A DNA stretch of 64,000 nucleotides from Camelus dromedarius (Eukaryota). The notes below the pieces were generated by a model. The model ran no database searches and had not been told where the DNA came from. It worked only from the letters and a program-made list of their open reading frames with translations. Every line of letters starts with the position of its first letter. Positions within the stretch are counted from its first letter, which is position 1. The stretch is from contig NC_087437.1 in assembly GCF_036321535.1 (NCBI RefSeq), positions 61,816,001 to 61,880,000 of the forward strand, written 5' to 3'. Of the stretch, positions 25,841 through 38,810 are shown piece after piece. The translations under genes and the position numbers were made by a program.

Positions 25841-28174
25841 CTTTAATAAGTTCCCTATCATTAGAAAACACCACCCTGTTCTCCACCTTTAATAAGTTCC
25901 CTATTGATGGGCATTAAATTTGTTTCCAAAATTTTGCTATTATAAATAATGCTGCAGTGAATTACCTTCCAGACATGTCATCTTGCAAGCATATGAACAT
26001 ATCTGTGGGAGAAATACCCAGAAGTGGAATTACTGAGTCAATTTGTAATTTTGATATTAGTTTTTGTCAGATTTCTCTTCATTAGGATGTACATTGCCAA
26101 TGGTTGAGTACTTATTTCCCATCAGCCTTATCAGTGTGTTATTAGATTGGCAAAAATCTAAAAGTAATAGGTTAAAAAATGGTGTTTTGGTATAGTTTTA
26201 ATTTGATTTTTTTTTTATTATGTGTGAGGTTTTAGCATAAAATTTTGAGTGGGATTTTATCGTGCTTTGCTGCCATTGTAAAGAGTGAATCAATCTAAAC
26301 CAGCAGTTGGAAAATTATGTATAAAATATACTTATGCCTTTAGATTTTTTTTTCTTATTATACTGTTGGTAGCTCAGAGACATGGTTTCATCTTAGAGTA
26401 TACATTGCATATTTTAAAGTCATACTTTAAAAATATCATGTGATTTTATAGCTATATAAGATACAGAATCATTTGATTATACAGATACTTGTAACTGGAA
26501 GGTGATCCACTTCCTAGTAATAGGGAGTTTGAAGAGATGATATATATATCAACCAAAAATTTTGATGAAATTGTTACAAAAAAGAAGATTTTTCTTTTAT
26601 TTAAATAATAGAATGAGCTTTTTACATTTTCCTTGGGTTTTTTTTTGGATAATTAATATTTATAGGTACTTTAAGGGAAAAAAAACTTGAGTGTTTGAAT
26701 TTGTTGTTACTTAAGTAATAAATGGGAAATTTTCAAAAGAAGAATCAACTCTTTAGTCAGGTAATAAACATATGAAAATGAACATTGCTTGGTGCAATGT
26801 TCTTGTGTGGTTGTCACCTTTTTTCCCCTCCTTGCTTATTCAGATATGAAAGAAGGGAAATGCTCTTCTGCTTTTTCTTTTTGCTTTCAGTTTAGAAAGA
26901 ATTAGCACAAAGGAAGAAAGCATTCTTTATACTCATTTCTTGTATTGTGCAATTATAGACAAAAATTAAATGTTATTAAAATGTATTTTGGAACTAAGTA
27001 TAGTTTATGACAGACAGAGGTACATAAGAAACAGAATGAGAAAATAGTCATATAGATAGGGAGGATGGCAGGGGACTTTTAGTACCCTGCTGTTCTCTTG
27101 GTCTGTGGTGTCTCATTGAAATGGCTACTGTGAAGACTTTTTGGGAGTATGTGAGGGGTAAGTAAATGCTACTATGTGAATAAGATAGTGTTCTAGAAAT
27201 GTTTTTCTACTTTTCTCTAAAAAATTTTAATCTGAAATATTATGTTGCTTTTATTTGCAGACTTTACTTTTGCAATAACAATTTTCCATTAAGAAAAACC
27301 TATAGAATTTTGAGTGATGAGTGATGTACGCACATTTTAGAAATTTTAGATGAAAGGGTCATCTAACTAATACATGAAAAAACTAAGGCCTAGAGAAATT
27401 AAGTGATTTGACCAAGGCCGCCCATGGCATTAGTCAGTGGGAAAGTTAGAACTAGATCCTGTATCCCTTTTAAGTGTTCATTCCACAGTACAGCACTACC
27501 CTGCACTTAAGCTTTAGAAACTTAATTTTGAACATAAGGGGTATTGAAAAGCCAACTAGTAAGGTCTGAAAGTCCTGTTTATACGTAAAAGCTTCACCCT
27601 ATTTTTGTTGGCAAACAGTGGTGCCATCGGCTGCTATGAGGAAACTAGCCCCTTTTTATGTTGAAGGGTGGGAGTTATACCGGTTGCAGCCTCTTTGGAG
27701 AGCAGGTTGGCAATATCTGTAAAAACTAAAAATACATATACTTCTCACCTAGCAATTTCACTTTTAGCAAATGTACACAAAGATATGTATAACTTGGTTT
27801 ATTACAGTATTGTTTGTAATAATAGAAGCCTGGAAGCAAATGTCTATTAGTAGGGGCACTAGTTAAATATATAGTAATACTATAGTGCAGTGGATTACTA
27901 TGTAGATGTTAAGAATGAATTAGATCCATATGTGTCAAAATGAAGCCGTCTAAGAAAACTGTGGAAAAAGCAAGGTACGGAATGTGATTGCAACCATTTG
28001 TTTAAAAAATAAAGTGTGTATGTGTCCACGGCACAGGCACACTTGTAGAAACATAGAATATCTCTGAAGAGATAACACAGAAAGTTGAGGGAAGTGGTTA
28101 TCTCTGAGGAGGGGGACTGGGGTCTGGCAGACAAGGTTGGCTAAGACTTTTCACTGTGATATGCATATAATACT

Positions 28175-28654
28175 TGTTGGGAGACCATTCTTCATGGGTC
28201 TCTTATGTTTCTGTCTGTCTTGTGAGCAAAGATACTGACTGTCTTTTGTTCTTTACTGTTTTCTCAAAAATACTGTAACAAACAGTCTTGGTGTATAGAG
28301 ATAGTGTCTCCCTCCTGAGAAAAAGTGAGATTTGTTTACTGTCTAGTATGATAGAGATAATGTCTCCTTGCCACGGAGGTCAGGCAGACTTACTGTCCTT
28401 AAAAGCCTTGGGCTCCCTACACTCAAGGTTCCTCGTCTGTCCCACAACCTGCCGCGTGTGCAGGCATCTCCTGCCCTCTATGCATCGCCCCGTGTGTTTG
28501 GACTGATAATCTGTCTACTGCTAGTGCTGTGACTACTGAAGTCTTTCATCTCTGACTTGTCTCATGTCTCCTGCCAGCATCCGGGAAACTACAGCAAGCC
28601 AACTTGTTAGCTTGCAAATAGGGTTACATCTCAGACCTTTCATAGTTCTTGACA
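28175..28654 (+). mobile_element. Solo LTR, ERVL LTR40-like
   Basis: TG...CA termini (TGTTGGGAGACC...TTCTTGACA), about 480 bp. Confidence 0.7.
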
Positions 28655-30355
28655 AAATACCTACTGGAAAGGAGGGAGGGAGTGAGTGTCCCTTGACTTT
28701 ATACTTTTTGAAACAGATTGACACAGTTGGAATTAGAATTTGTTTTATCTGGGATTCATTTGAGCATACAGGCTGGGAATTTATTTATTTATTTATTTTT
28801 TTGCAGGCTATTCAGTTGTCTTATGGTTTTATAGAAAAATCCTGCCTCTATCTTCCCATTGCTTAATTCATTCTTTATAGAACGCCTGTTTATATCCCAG
28901 TCCACACCCTATGTGCTGCAAGGAGTGCTAGGAGAGTGGGAAGCAGTCCCTGCTCTGTAGAATATCTTTTTACAGCAGCAGGAGGTACATGTGTTGCAAT
29001 CACCCCCATCTGTTGTCAGTTGCTTTTTCCTCAGCTAAGCAGGCTGCTCCCTCCCTTCATGCTATTTATGTTATCAAGGGAATGAACCAAAACTAAGCCT
29101 TTTTGGAGGACAGTTCTTGCCTTGTAGAAAGTAGGAATTTTGGTCTGTGGCGTGACTGGCACCTCCCTTACTACAGCTTGCATAAATCCCTGCATGTAAT
29201 TAAATGCCTTAAGGTGTCCAACACTAATTCCTCTACCTGGGCTCTGGAGCCCACCTCCCCCATTTCTGTCTGTCTTCTTTCTGAGTTGTGAGCCTTTTTA
29301 CTATTTCCTACCTGTTAGGCACTTAGAACTGCCCTGCATTAAGCCCACACTCCCTTAACCACTCCTCTTTCTCCCAGTCTCCCTTCGGTTATTGCCCACT
29401 CTTTCTGTCTTCATCATTCCATCGACCTGTTATCTCTTGGTTGTTAAATCTAGTAGAAATTTCTCAGTCTTCTTCTTCCTTCACCCCTCAGTAGCAGTAA
29501 ACATTCTTGACCACAGACTTACTTGAAATACTCCTGGTTTTCGTTCTACTACTCTGCTGCTTCTTACCTCCTTTCTGTACTCCTCTTGCCTTTAAAACTT
29601 TTCCTTAGGGTTCTCTCTTACTCTGTCCCTTCTATTGTCATTTTATAATACTTCCTGGGTGATTTTATTTACTCTGATGGCTGCAGTTACCAGTTACATG
29701 CGTATATGCTGATTACTACCAAATCTGTATGTTTAATCCAGATCATGTCACCTTATTGGATATCTCCCTGTGTATGCCCCACAGGTCCCATCAATTCAAC
29801 ATGTTAAATTGGAATAAATCCAAAAGTTCCTTTATGGTCCCCATTTCAGAGAAGGTATTAGTATCTACACAGTTACACCAGCTGGAAATCTGGGTGTTGC
29901 CTTGTCCCTTCTCTCTCGCTCTTTACTCTCACTCTCTTTTCACATCTAAGTCCAGTCATTTCAGCCTAATCACTTTTGAATCCTGTGTCTTTGTTTAATG
30001 AATCTCGTCTTTAACAAAATACCCTTTTCATTTGTGTGGCAGCTAAAAACACAGTCCCAATGAGTCATTTTCTTTTTCCTCAAGGAAATATATTTCTCTT
30101 TTTATTAGTCTTTTGGACCAACATTTTTACTTCACAGAACACAAACTATTCGTATGATATAATCAGATATGTGGTGTATTCCCACTTTAACAACTGGATT
30201 TTATTCATATTAACAGGTATATTAAAAATCTATTAAATTCACACATTTTAAATGGGAGCAAAACATGAGTGTCAGAGGTACTACATAATGACTCAATTAT
30301 AAGGAAGTAGAGAAGAAGCAGTAAACCAAAGACATTCACTCACAGCCTTTTGTGC

Positions 30356-30373
30356 TGGCCACCAGATGGCACA
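30356..30373 (+). promoter_or_regulatory. Putative CTCF site in OSBPL11 intron 1
   Basis: TGGCCACCAGATGGCACA closely matches the CTCF core consensus. Confidence 0.6.
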
Positions 30374-31254
30374 GTGGTTCCACGTCTGCTGGTTGTACTG
30401 ACTGGAGAAAGGGAAGGATGAGCCAGGGATAGTGTAACCAACTGTTTCAAAGAGGGGGATGTTCGTAGGTTGGTTCTATACAACCTCAGATGTCTGTCTT
30501 ATATAGTAAAAGGAGGCTAGCAGTTTGTGATTACGTACGTGAATTTCTGTTTCTTTTAAGGCTGGCTTTATGCTACTAACAAATGAACCATGTCAATATC
30601 CCTCTTGTGATTTTTGTGAGAAAGTTAACTTTTTAGATAAGCATCAAAAAATATTAAAAACATTAAAAATTAAATATAAAACATTACTGTATTGTGAAAT
30701 ATGAGGATACACTCATTTTATTTAGTGAATGCTGCTGCTGAAATTGTACTCTTAAAAATTCATTGATAGCTATTAAATGACTGATATAGACAACTTAGAT
30801 ATGACGAAAATGAGGAATACCTTTAATAAGACTGAACAAAGGTCAAGGAGAAGAGGCATTGTCTTTAATTGCTTTGAAATGAAGATCTTGTTTTTCTCAG
30901 TTGTAGATAGTTTACTTGAAGTTTTAAGAAAGATTCTTCACACAGCTCATATATACATTTGAAGAATATATATAGTCCTAGAACCAGAGAAATTGAACCT
31001 TAATTGAGTTGTAATGTCTTTATTATATGCTGATGACTATGAAATTATTATTATCTAGTAATGAAAACTTGGTTTAGAGAACCTAGATTAAAGGGGAAAA
31101 TAAAAAATGGTGAATTATGGAATATCTGAGTACTTGGGGGAAATGTTTAATTTATGTGACACCCTAGGCCTTTTGTAGATTGATACAGAGTGTAAATAAA
31201 TTGATAAATATTCAGGTTATGAAGCTACAGGACAGAGTAGACAAAGAGTAAGAT

Positions 31255-31640
31255 TTTTGAAAAATTTAGATATAATTGACATAACAGTTTCTGGTGCACA
31301 ACATAATGATTTGTTTATATGTTGCAAAATGATCATGGTGTCTAGTTAACATCCATCGCCACACATATGTATACTTTTCTTGTGATGAGAACTTTTAAGA
31401 TCTACTTTCTTAGCAACTTCCAAATATACAACACAGTATTTGTAACTATAGTCACCATGCTATACATAACATTCCCCAGTACTTATTTATTTTATAACTG
31501 CAAATTTGTATCTTTTGATCACCTTCATCCATTTTGCACACCTCCCACCTCCACCTCTGGCAACCACTAATCTGTTCTCTGTATCTATGAGTTTTGTGGG
31601 GGATTTTTGTTTTTATTTTTAGATTCCATATATAAGTGAA
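31255..31640 (-). mobile_element. L1 3' UTR fragment
   Basis: Similar to the 18906-19300 copy, ending TAGATTCCATATATAAGTGA. Confidence 0.85.
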
Positions 31641-33439
31641 GGAATAAGTTTTGAGGACAAGAACAGTTCAGGGCAGCTAAGCTCTGTGTTAAATATCTAA
31701 AACAGATGAGGGACTCTTTTGGGAAATTATTTTTTGGCAGAGTCCAGGGGCACTGGTATTCCTATGGCCCCAAAGATATGTTTAAGCCTGAAGCCTGAAG
31801 CCTGGGGAAAATGTGAGAGCCATGCAAGAAAATTCTCTCTCTGCTTGTTCAAGTACCAGTAGAACTGAAAGAAATAGCTTTGCTGTGATCTAGGACTGGA
31901 AATAGAGGCCCTATAGCAAAAAATCCAATGGATTAGGTTTCTAGAGAAGAATCTTTCCTTTAGATATGGATTTTAGAAAATACTGAAATGAGAATTCAGA
32001 TGGTACTGTCAGTTTTAACATAACAGAATAGATATAAATTACCATAACTTTGGTTGGGCATTTTAGAAGTTGACAGCCTTTGTCTTCTTGAGATTAGGAC
32101 CTTACAAAGCCTAAAGAACTTGAGCAGTTTCACTTAATATTAATAAACAGTGTTGTTTGCTCATCTTAGAATGGAAGAAAAATACAGGAAAAAAAAAAAC
32201 CCCATACTGATCAGTGTTCTTTATTTTCATTTGATCTTTATTTTCAAATACCAAGAAGACGTGAGATTAGAGGGCGGCCTCCTACTTGCTCTCCAGTAGT
32301 AATAGCTACTGGACTCTTATAGTCAATTTGGTCATTTGGTTTGCCTGAGAGAATATCTTTATCTTCCTCTCTTCTCATTTGTCATTCAGGTCCATCTAAA
32401 TCTTATAAAAATTTTGTTCTGTTTGTTGTGTCACCTCTCCCTTGATTGTGCTCTTGATGTCTGTGTCTTAAAGGTTGCCAGTTGTATCTGTGCTTTCAAT
32501 TTCTTAGATGCTGGCTAGCTGAAATTTTACCAAATAAACTGTGATTCAGGAATAGTAGAGAAAATAAGTGTATAAAATTCATTGCATTTTATAGTTAAAA
32601 CTAGAGTAGGTGAGTTTAAAAGAAATTCTTAATGTAAATTACAAAATTAAAAAGATGAAGCCTGTATATCAAAAAGATATGCCAGTCTAGCGTTAGTATG
32701 TTTTTGTTAAGTGTAAGGAACCTTAAAATATTGGAAAAGAAATATCAATGAGATATTGCATTTTCTATAAACCACTATAACATAATCTAATAGATAGAAA
32801 AGAGAGTAAAGAAACTCAATTGTAGTTAGGCTAATAATACAGGTCCCAAATAAGTCTTTCCAGTGGCAAGACTTGACGTGAGCACTCTGCCTCTGCCTGT
32901 CTAGGGTTGGGGAGTGGGAGTGATGTGTCATACTCATCAAAAACAGGATCTTCATTTTGGAAGGCCAAAAAATCAAAGACATAATATGTTCCACCAGAGT
33001 AAGGAGGCACTGTTCAACCTAGAGACCCTTTTTAGTTTATTCTAGAACCTTAAAACTGGATCTTATTTCTTTAGTACTGAATTGAGTTATAAAGTATTTT
33101 TATAATTATATTTATAGTATATTTGTTTCATATTTATATAATTTTATACTTATATAATGATTTTATATTTGAGATATTATATAATTTATTGGGGATTACA
33201 CTTGTTTTGAAGAACTCTGGTGAAATAAAGTCCTATGGTTATGAAATATGGGAGATTAAATAGCTCAGTAGAACTGTAAATTTTACTTATTAACCTATAA
33301 ATTTTACTTCTGAAGTAAGTTTGAAGCATTTGTAGAAAAATTATGTATCTACAGCTATCCTTTAAACTGTTCAGTTAACCTCCTGGGATTTTTTTCTAAT
33401 TTTCTCTGACTTTGGTACTTTCTGATCTTTTTGAAACAG

Positions 33440-33508
33440 TGATCACATGGAAAATGTGTGTGGCTACTTAATGAAGTACACCAACCTTGTCACTGGGTGG
33501 CAGTATAG
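33440..33508 (+). CDS. OSBPL11: OSBPL11 exon 2 (SDHMENVCGYLMKYTNLVTGWQY), start of PH domain
   Basis: Acceptor aaacag|T, donor AG|gtaagt; 69 nt; ORP-family PH motif KYTNLVTGWQ. Confidence 0.96.
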
Positions 33509-33967
33509 GTAAGTGTGATTGATCTGTCGTATCAGTCTCCCAAGAGACCGGAAGTGGAGCTGATAATTTTATATTCTCATCTTACTTCAGCACAGATATG
33601 GCTGGGAAACCTGTTACAGGAAGATTTACCATTTTTTCTAAAAGTCTGATGACTTTCTTCTCTTTTCTAGAGGGTAGGAGGAGTTAACATCTGTCTAAAT
33701 TACAGCCTCCAAATGCCTCAGAAATTACTATTATATTAATATTAGAATAATTTGTTCACTTGCTTTGGGCTTTTTTTATGCATACTTTCAGTGGTTAGGC
33801 TTTTTGGGTGGTTTGGAGGCAGCAAAGAGTTTTGTGTTAAGTGCCTGTTCAAGATGCTCAAAACTTCTCTGGGGCCCTAGAGAGTTTAAATAACCAACCT
33901 AAGGTCACACAGGCAGTCCTATCTTAAATACTTTGTGGAATTGGTAGTTGTGGGGCAGAGGATGAAA

Positions 33968-34705
33968 CTTTTTTTTTTTGTGGTGAAATAAACATAACAA
34001 AATTTACCATTTTAAACATTTTTAGGTATACAGTTCAGTGGCATATACATTCACATTGTTGTGCAACCATCACCCCATTCCTCTCCAGAGCTTTTGGCAT
34101 CTTCTCATACTAAACCTCTGTACCTGTTAAGCAATCACTCCACATTTCTCCCTCCCCTGAGTCCTTAGCAACCACTGTTCTACTTCCTGTCTCTATGAAC
34201 TTGACTACTCTAGGTAACCTCATATAAATGGTGTGGCTTATTTCACTTAGTATGATGTCTTCAGAATTCTTTCATGTAGTGTGTATCAGAATTTCCTACC
34301 TTTTTAAGGCTGAATAATGGTCCGTAGTATGTACGTACCACATTTTGTTTAGCCGGTCACCTGTTAATGGACGTTTGGGTTGCTTCCACCTTTTGACTAT
34401 TGTGAACAGTGCTGCTGTAAACATTGGCGCACACATACCTGTTGGAGTGCCTGCTTTCATTTTCTGTGTGCATACCCAGAAGTGGAATTGTGAGATCTCA
34501 TGGTAATTCTGTGTGTAACCTGTTGGGGAATCTCCATTTTGTTTTCCATAGATACTGTACAATTTTACATTCCCACCAGCAATGCACAGAAGTTCCAATT
34601 TCTTTACATCCTCCCAACCAACACTTGCTACTTTCTGTTTTCCTCTGTGTGTTTTTAATAATAGTCATCCTAATGGGTGTTAAGTGGTATCTCATTGTGA
34701 TTTTT
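33968..34705 (-). mobile_element. L1 3' fragment
   Basis: ORF2 remnants (MRYHLTPIRM; MFTAALFTI) and T tail. Confidence 0.88.
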
Positions 34706-34722
34706 AAACTATTTAAAAGAGA

Positions 34723-34872
34723 AGGGCGGGAGGGTATAGCTCAATGATAGAGTGCATGCTTAGCAAACAGCAGGTCCTGGGTTCAATCCCCAGTACCTCC
34801 ATTTAAAAATAAATAAATAAATAAACCTAATTACCTCTCCCCACAAAGAAAAGTAGAAATTAAAAAAAAAAA
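34723..34872 (+). mobile_element. tRNA-derived SINE (camelid-type)
   Basis: GGGTATAGCTCAATG...GGTTCAATCCCCAGTACCTCC followed by (TAAA)n and an A tail. Confidence 0.9.
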
Positions 34873-35072
34873 TTTTTTTAAGTGAGAAAGCTAGAATTTG
34901 AACCCAAATAGTTCTGGCTCCCAAGTCTATGTTCTTTGCATTATAACATGCTGCTTTTTATCCATGTCATTTGGAAGACTTCTGCTTTTGGCTATGATGG
35001 GATAACTGGAGGTGAATTTTCCTTTCTACCTTAAACAACTGGAAAATGAGACATAGTATAAGAAAGAATGAT

Positions 35073-35462
35073 ATTTATTTATTTATTTATTTATTTAATT
35101 TTTAAACATTTTTAAACATATTTTTATTAATAGTCATTTTATAATGTTGTGTCAAATTCCAGTGTAGAGCACAATTTTTCAGTTATACGTGAACATACAT
35201 ATATTCATTGTCACAGTTTTTTTCGCTGTGAGCTACCACAAGAACTTGTATGTATTTCCCTGTGCTATATAGTATAATCTTGTTTATCTATTCTACGTAT
35301 GCCTGTCAGTATCTACAAATTTTGAACTCCCATTCTATCCTTTCCCACTCCCCTCCCCCTTTGCAACCACAAGTTTGTATTCTATGTCTTTGAGTCTGTT
35401 TCTGTTTTGTATTTATGTTCTTTTTTTAGATTCCACATATGAGTGATCTCATATGGTATTTT
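35073..35462 (-). mobile_element. Young 5'-truncated L1
   Basis: TSD GAAAGAATGAT at 35062-35072 and 35463-35473; highly similar to the 36928 copy. Confidence 0.9.
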
Positions 35463-36927
35463 GAAAGAATGATTTTTAGACATTTAAAAAATAGTCAAAA
35501 CACTGATGAACATGTGATTGTTTAAAAGAGAAGGCAGCTTGGATCATGTTTAGTTTGAAGTGACATTAGGGCTTTCAAATAGGAGTGACATGCAGGAAGT
35601 TGGAGGTCATAAGAGAAGTCAAAGCTGGATATGAAAACATGGAAGGGAATCATTCCTATATAAGTGGAAAGGGTAGTTTTCTAAGGTTCCCCTCTTTTAT
35701 TAAATAAATAAGTAAATAAAAGGGCAAAGTCAAGGGAGCCTTTCACTTTGCATTTTCCCACCTCAGTTTTTATGTAATTTTTGAAGGTTATATATGTAAA
35801 TGACATATAAAGTATGTTTTTTAAAAAAATTGTCATTTTGCTCTTAGCATTATTCTTTGTTCTCTTTTTAAAAAGGGAAATATGTTAACTTTTCTCCCCC
35901 ACAACATTCAACAACTTTCATTCATGTAATATTACTGAATATTGTTGAGAAATCTCAAAAGTGAACAGAGTAAGAAAGCTCCGAAACATACCCACCATAT
36001 AAGATTTAGTATGTTAAAAGATGGCATTTTGGATCAGTGGTAACTTACAGCCATGAGATAAAGGGGCAGGTGTTTGTATCATTGCGTGAGGGAGCCTACC
36101 AAAAAGATCCATTGGTCACTGGTTGCCTGGGGAGTTAGCTAAGAGATCCAAGGGAAGTTCTAGCATATGGAGGGGCATTGCCTCTGCCAACGTGATCCCT
36201 CCAGCTGTCTAAGAGGCCAGTTTTAGCAGCAGAGGAAAGTGTGGGGATAAAGACAACCTACCCCTGTTTGCCACTGAAAACAGAACCTTTTACTAACTTG
36301 CTCCCTCACAGAGGTCTTAGCTTGCCAATTTGGTTGCTGTAAGCCCGCTGTAGAAAAAACTTCCATCTTCCATTTTCTGTCAACCTGGCTGAAGTCTTGT
36401 GGCACAGCAGAGATATACTGGGTTCCCAGCATGGTATGTGCAGGTTGAGTGATTAGAGGGGAACAGAAAGGTTAAGACCATGTTAAAGAATCTTAGGTTT
36501 AGTAGCTCAGCTCCTTTTGGCGGGCCCAGCCGCTTTGTCCATGTGCTACAGATAAAGCTTAGGTAACAAAAGCACTGTACCTGTGCCAGATATTCAAGAC
36601 AGTTACCCTGCAGCCCATTTCTGTTTTGACTAAGGGCCACTTAGAGCAGCTTGGAGAAATCCAGCATGGGCATACTCTTTAAATAACTGCTTGCTCTGGA
36701 ATGTAGTACCTTAGTTAGGAAAGAGCAAGGAAGGAACCCACTTCTTTTACTTTCAGTCTAATGGTGAAGTGAGATTCTTTCCCGTTTTGCTTAGAAGTTC
36801 TATACATGCTCAGCACTGAGGCCTAGCATGTTTGAAACAAAACATATAGGTGCCTTTCCATCCCAACTCTTCACTAAAGTTGATTTTTGTCATCATAAGA
36901 CATACTTCCAAGTCAGAATGTTTTTTA

Positions 36928-37530
36928 TTTTTATTTATTTATTTTTTTAACATTTTTTATTGATTTATAATCATTTTACAATGTTGTGTCAAATTCCAGT
37001 GTTCAGCACAATTTTTCAGTCATTCATGGACATATACACACTCATTGTCACATTTTTTTCTCTGTGAGTTATCATAACATTTTGTGTATATTTCCCTTTG
37101 CTATACAGTGTAATCTTGTTTATCTATTCTACAATTTTGAGATCCCAGTCTATCCCTTCCCACCCTCCACCCCCCTGGTAACCACAAGTCTGTATTCTCT
37201 GTCTGTGAGTCTATTTCTGTCCTGTATTTATGCTTTGTTTTTGTTTGTTTTTGTTTTTTAGATTCCACATATGAGCGATCTCATATGGTATTTTTCTTTC
37301 TCTTTCTGGCTTACTTCACTTAGAATGACATTCTCCAGGAGCATCCATGTTGCTGCAAATGGCATTATGTTGTCGGTTTTTATGGCTGAGTAGTATTCCA
37401 TTGTATAAATATACCACAGCTTCTTTATCCAGTCACCTGTTGATGGACATTTAGGCTGTTTCCATGTTTTGGCTATTGTAAATAGTGCTGCTATGAACAT
37501 TGGGGTGCAGGTGTCATCCTGAAGTAGATT
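36928..37530 (-). mobile_element. Young 5'-truncated L1
   Basis: Perfect 15-bp TSD TCAGAATGTTTTTTA at 36913-36927 and 37531-37545; intact ORF2 C-terminus (ORF 37258..37500). Confidence 0.93.
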
Positions 37531-38463
37531 TCAGAATGTTTTTTAGATTAAAGTTCCATTTGGTGATACTTCACCTTAAGTTGTAGCCTGTTCTGAAGAT
37601 TAGTCATTTTCTCAAATTGGCAGTCTTTGTTATTTTGAAATTGCAAAAAAAAAAAAACCCCAAAACCCGATTATTTAAAATTTTTTTAACAACTTAGGTG
37701 ACTTTTCTGCATGTAAAGATAGATGCTGAATCTTAAGCCTTTGTTTCTACATTTCTTTAGCTTCTTGGTTAGGCCAACTTGCTAAAAAATACCATAAACA
37801 AGAGTCTAGTACCCTTCTGGGCAAAATAGCTTTAGTAAGTTTCCTCCTATGTGGATTGTCTATTATCCGCAATTTATACATCTTGTAAAGTATCTCTAGA
37901 GATGGGATGAAGGAAGAACATTTGAATTAAGCTATGTATGATAAAAGACAGCCCAAAATGCCTATTATTACCAGTGGGTCCATAGCATCATCTTAGTGTA
38001 AGAAAGACAATCAGTTACTGGCTCATTCCATTCTCAGTCGTTCTTTCATATTACTTTTTGTGTATCTAGGTATATCCCATGTTGTAAATTTGTGGTAATG
38101 TTTTTGGGATAAGAAGTACATGCTCACAGCAAACTTGAGATTTCCAAACATACTGTTCTTTAAATTGTCTTTGAATTTACTGTTTTTAAGACATGAGACC
38201 AGTCTTTTTCCCTTGACTGTTTGAAATGAATTGTACTTACTGCTTCAAACATAGGAAGAGATTTCTTTCCTTCCTCATTTCCTTCGTTTGTTCCTTTCTT
38301 TATTTCTTGTTTGTTCATTTGTTCCTTTAGTTCACAGCTTTATTGAGATATAGTGCCCATTTGAAGTGTACAACTCAATGGTTTTTGATATATTCAAGAG
38401 ACAGCTTTCTTGCTAACGGACCCATTCCATTTATTTATGAGTTTTTTTTTGTGGTAGATTTCA

Positions 38464-38810
38464 TGTCTTAGTCTGTTCAAATTGCTGTAACAAAATGCCA
38501 AGAACTGGGTAGCTTATAAACAATAGAAATTTATTTCTCACAGTTCTGGAGGTTGGAAGTCCATGATCATGGTGCCAGCATGGTTGGGTAAGGGCCCTCA
38601 CAGACTTTGCATTGTAGTCTCATGGCCAAAAAGGGGCCAGGGAGCTTGCTTGGGTCTCTTTTATAAGAGCACTAATCCCATTCATGAGGGTTTTCCACCC
38701 TTATGACCTTACCACTTCCCAAAGGCCCCATCTCTTATTATCATTATCTTAGAGATTAGGATTTCCACATATGACTTTTAGGGGTATACATTCAGACCAC
38801 CCATAGCAGA
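38464..38810 (-). mobile_element. MaLR LTR (MLT1-type)
   Basis: TGTCTTAGTCTGTTC...CATTCAGACCA...TAGCA. Confidence 0.8.

Noticed and set aside
34723..34800. tRNA-like sequence with A and B boxes
   Set aside because: Five related copies with A-rich tails and flanking duplications indicate SINEs, not tRNA genes
37258..37500. 80-aa ORF, and similar ones at 19277, 21926, 34296, 41630 and 46961
   Set aside because: L1 ORF2 C-terminal remnants
18897..37545. Three L1 TSDs sharing AGAAT
   Set aside because: Only three sites in AT-rich DNA, and other L1 TSDs here lack it; likely coincidence
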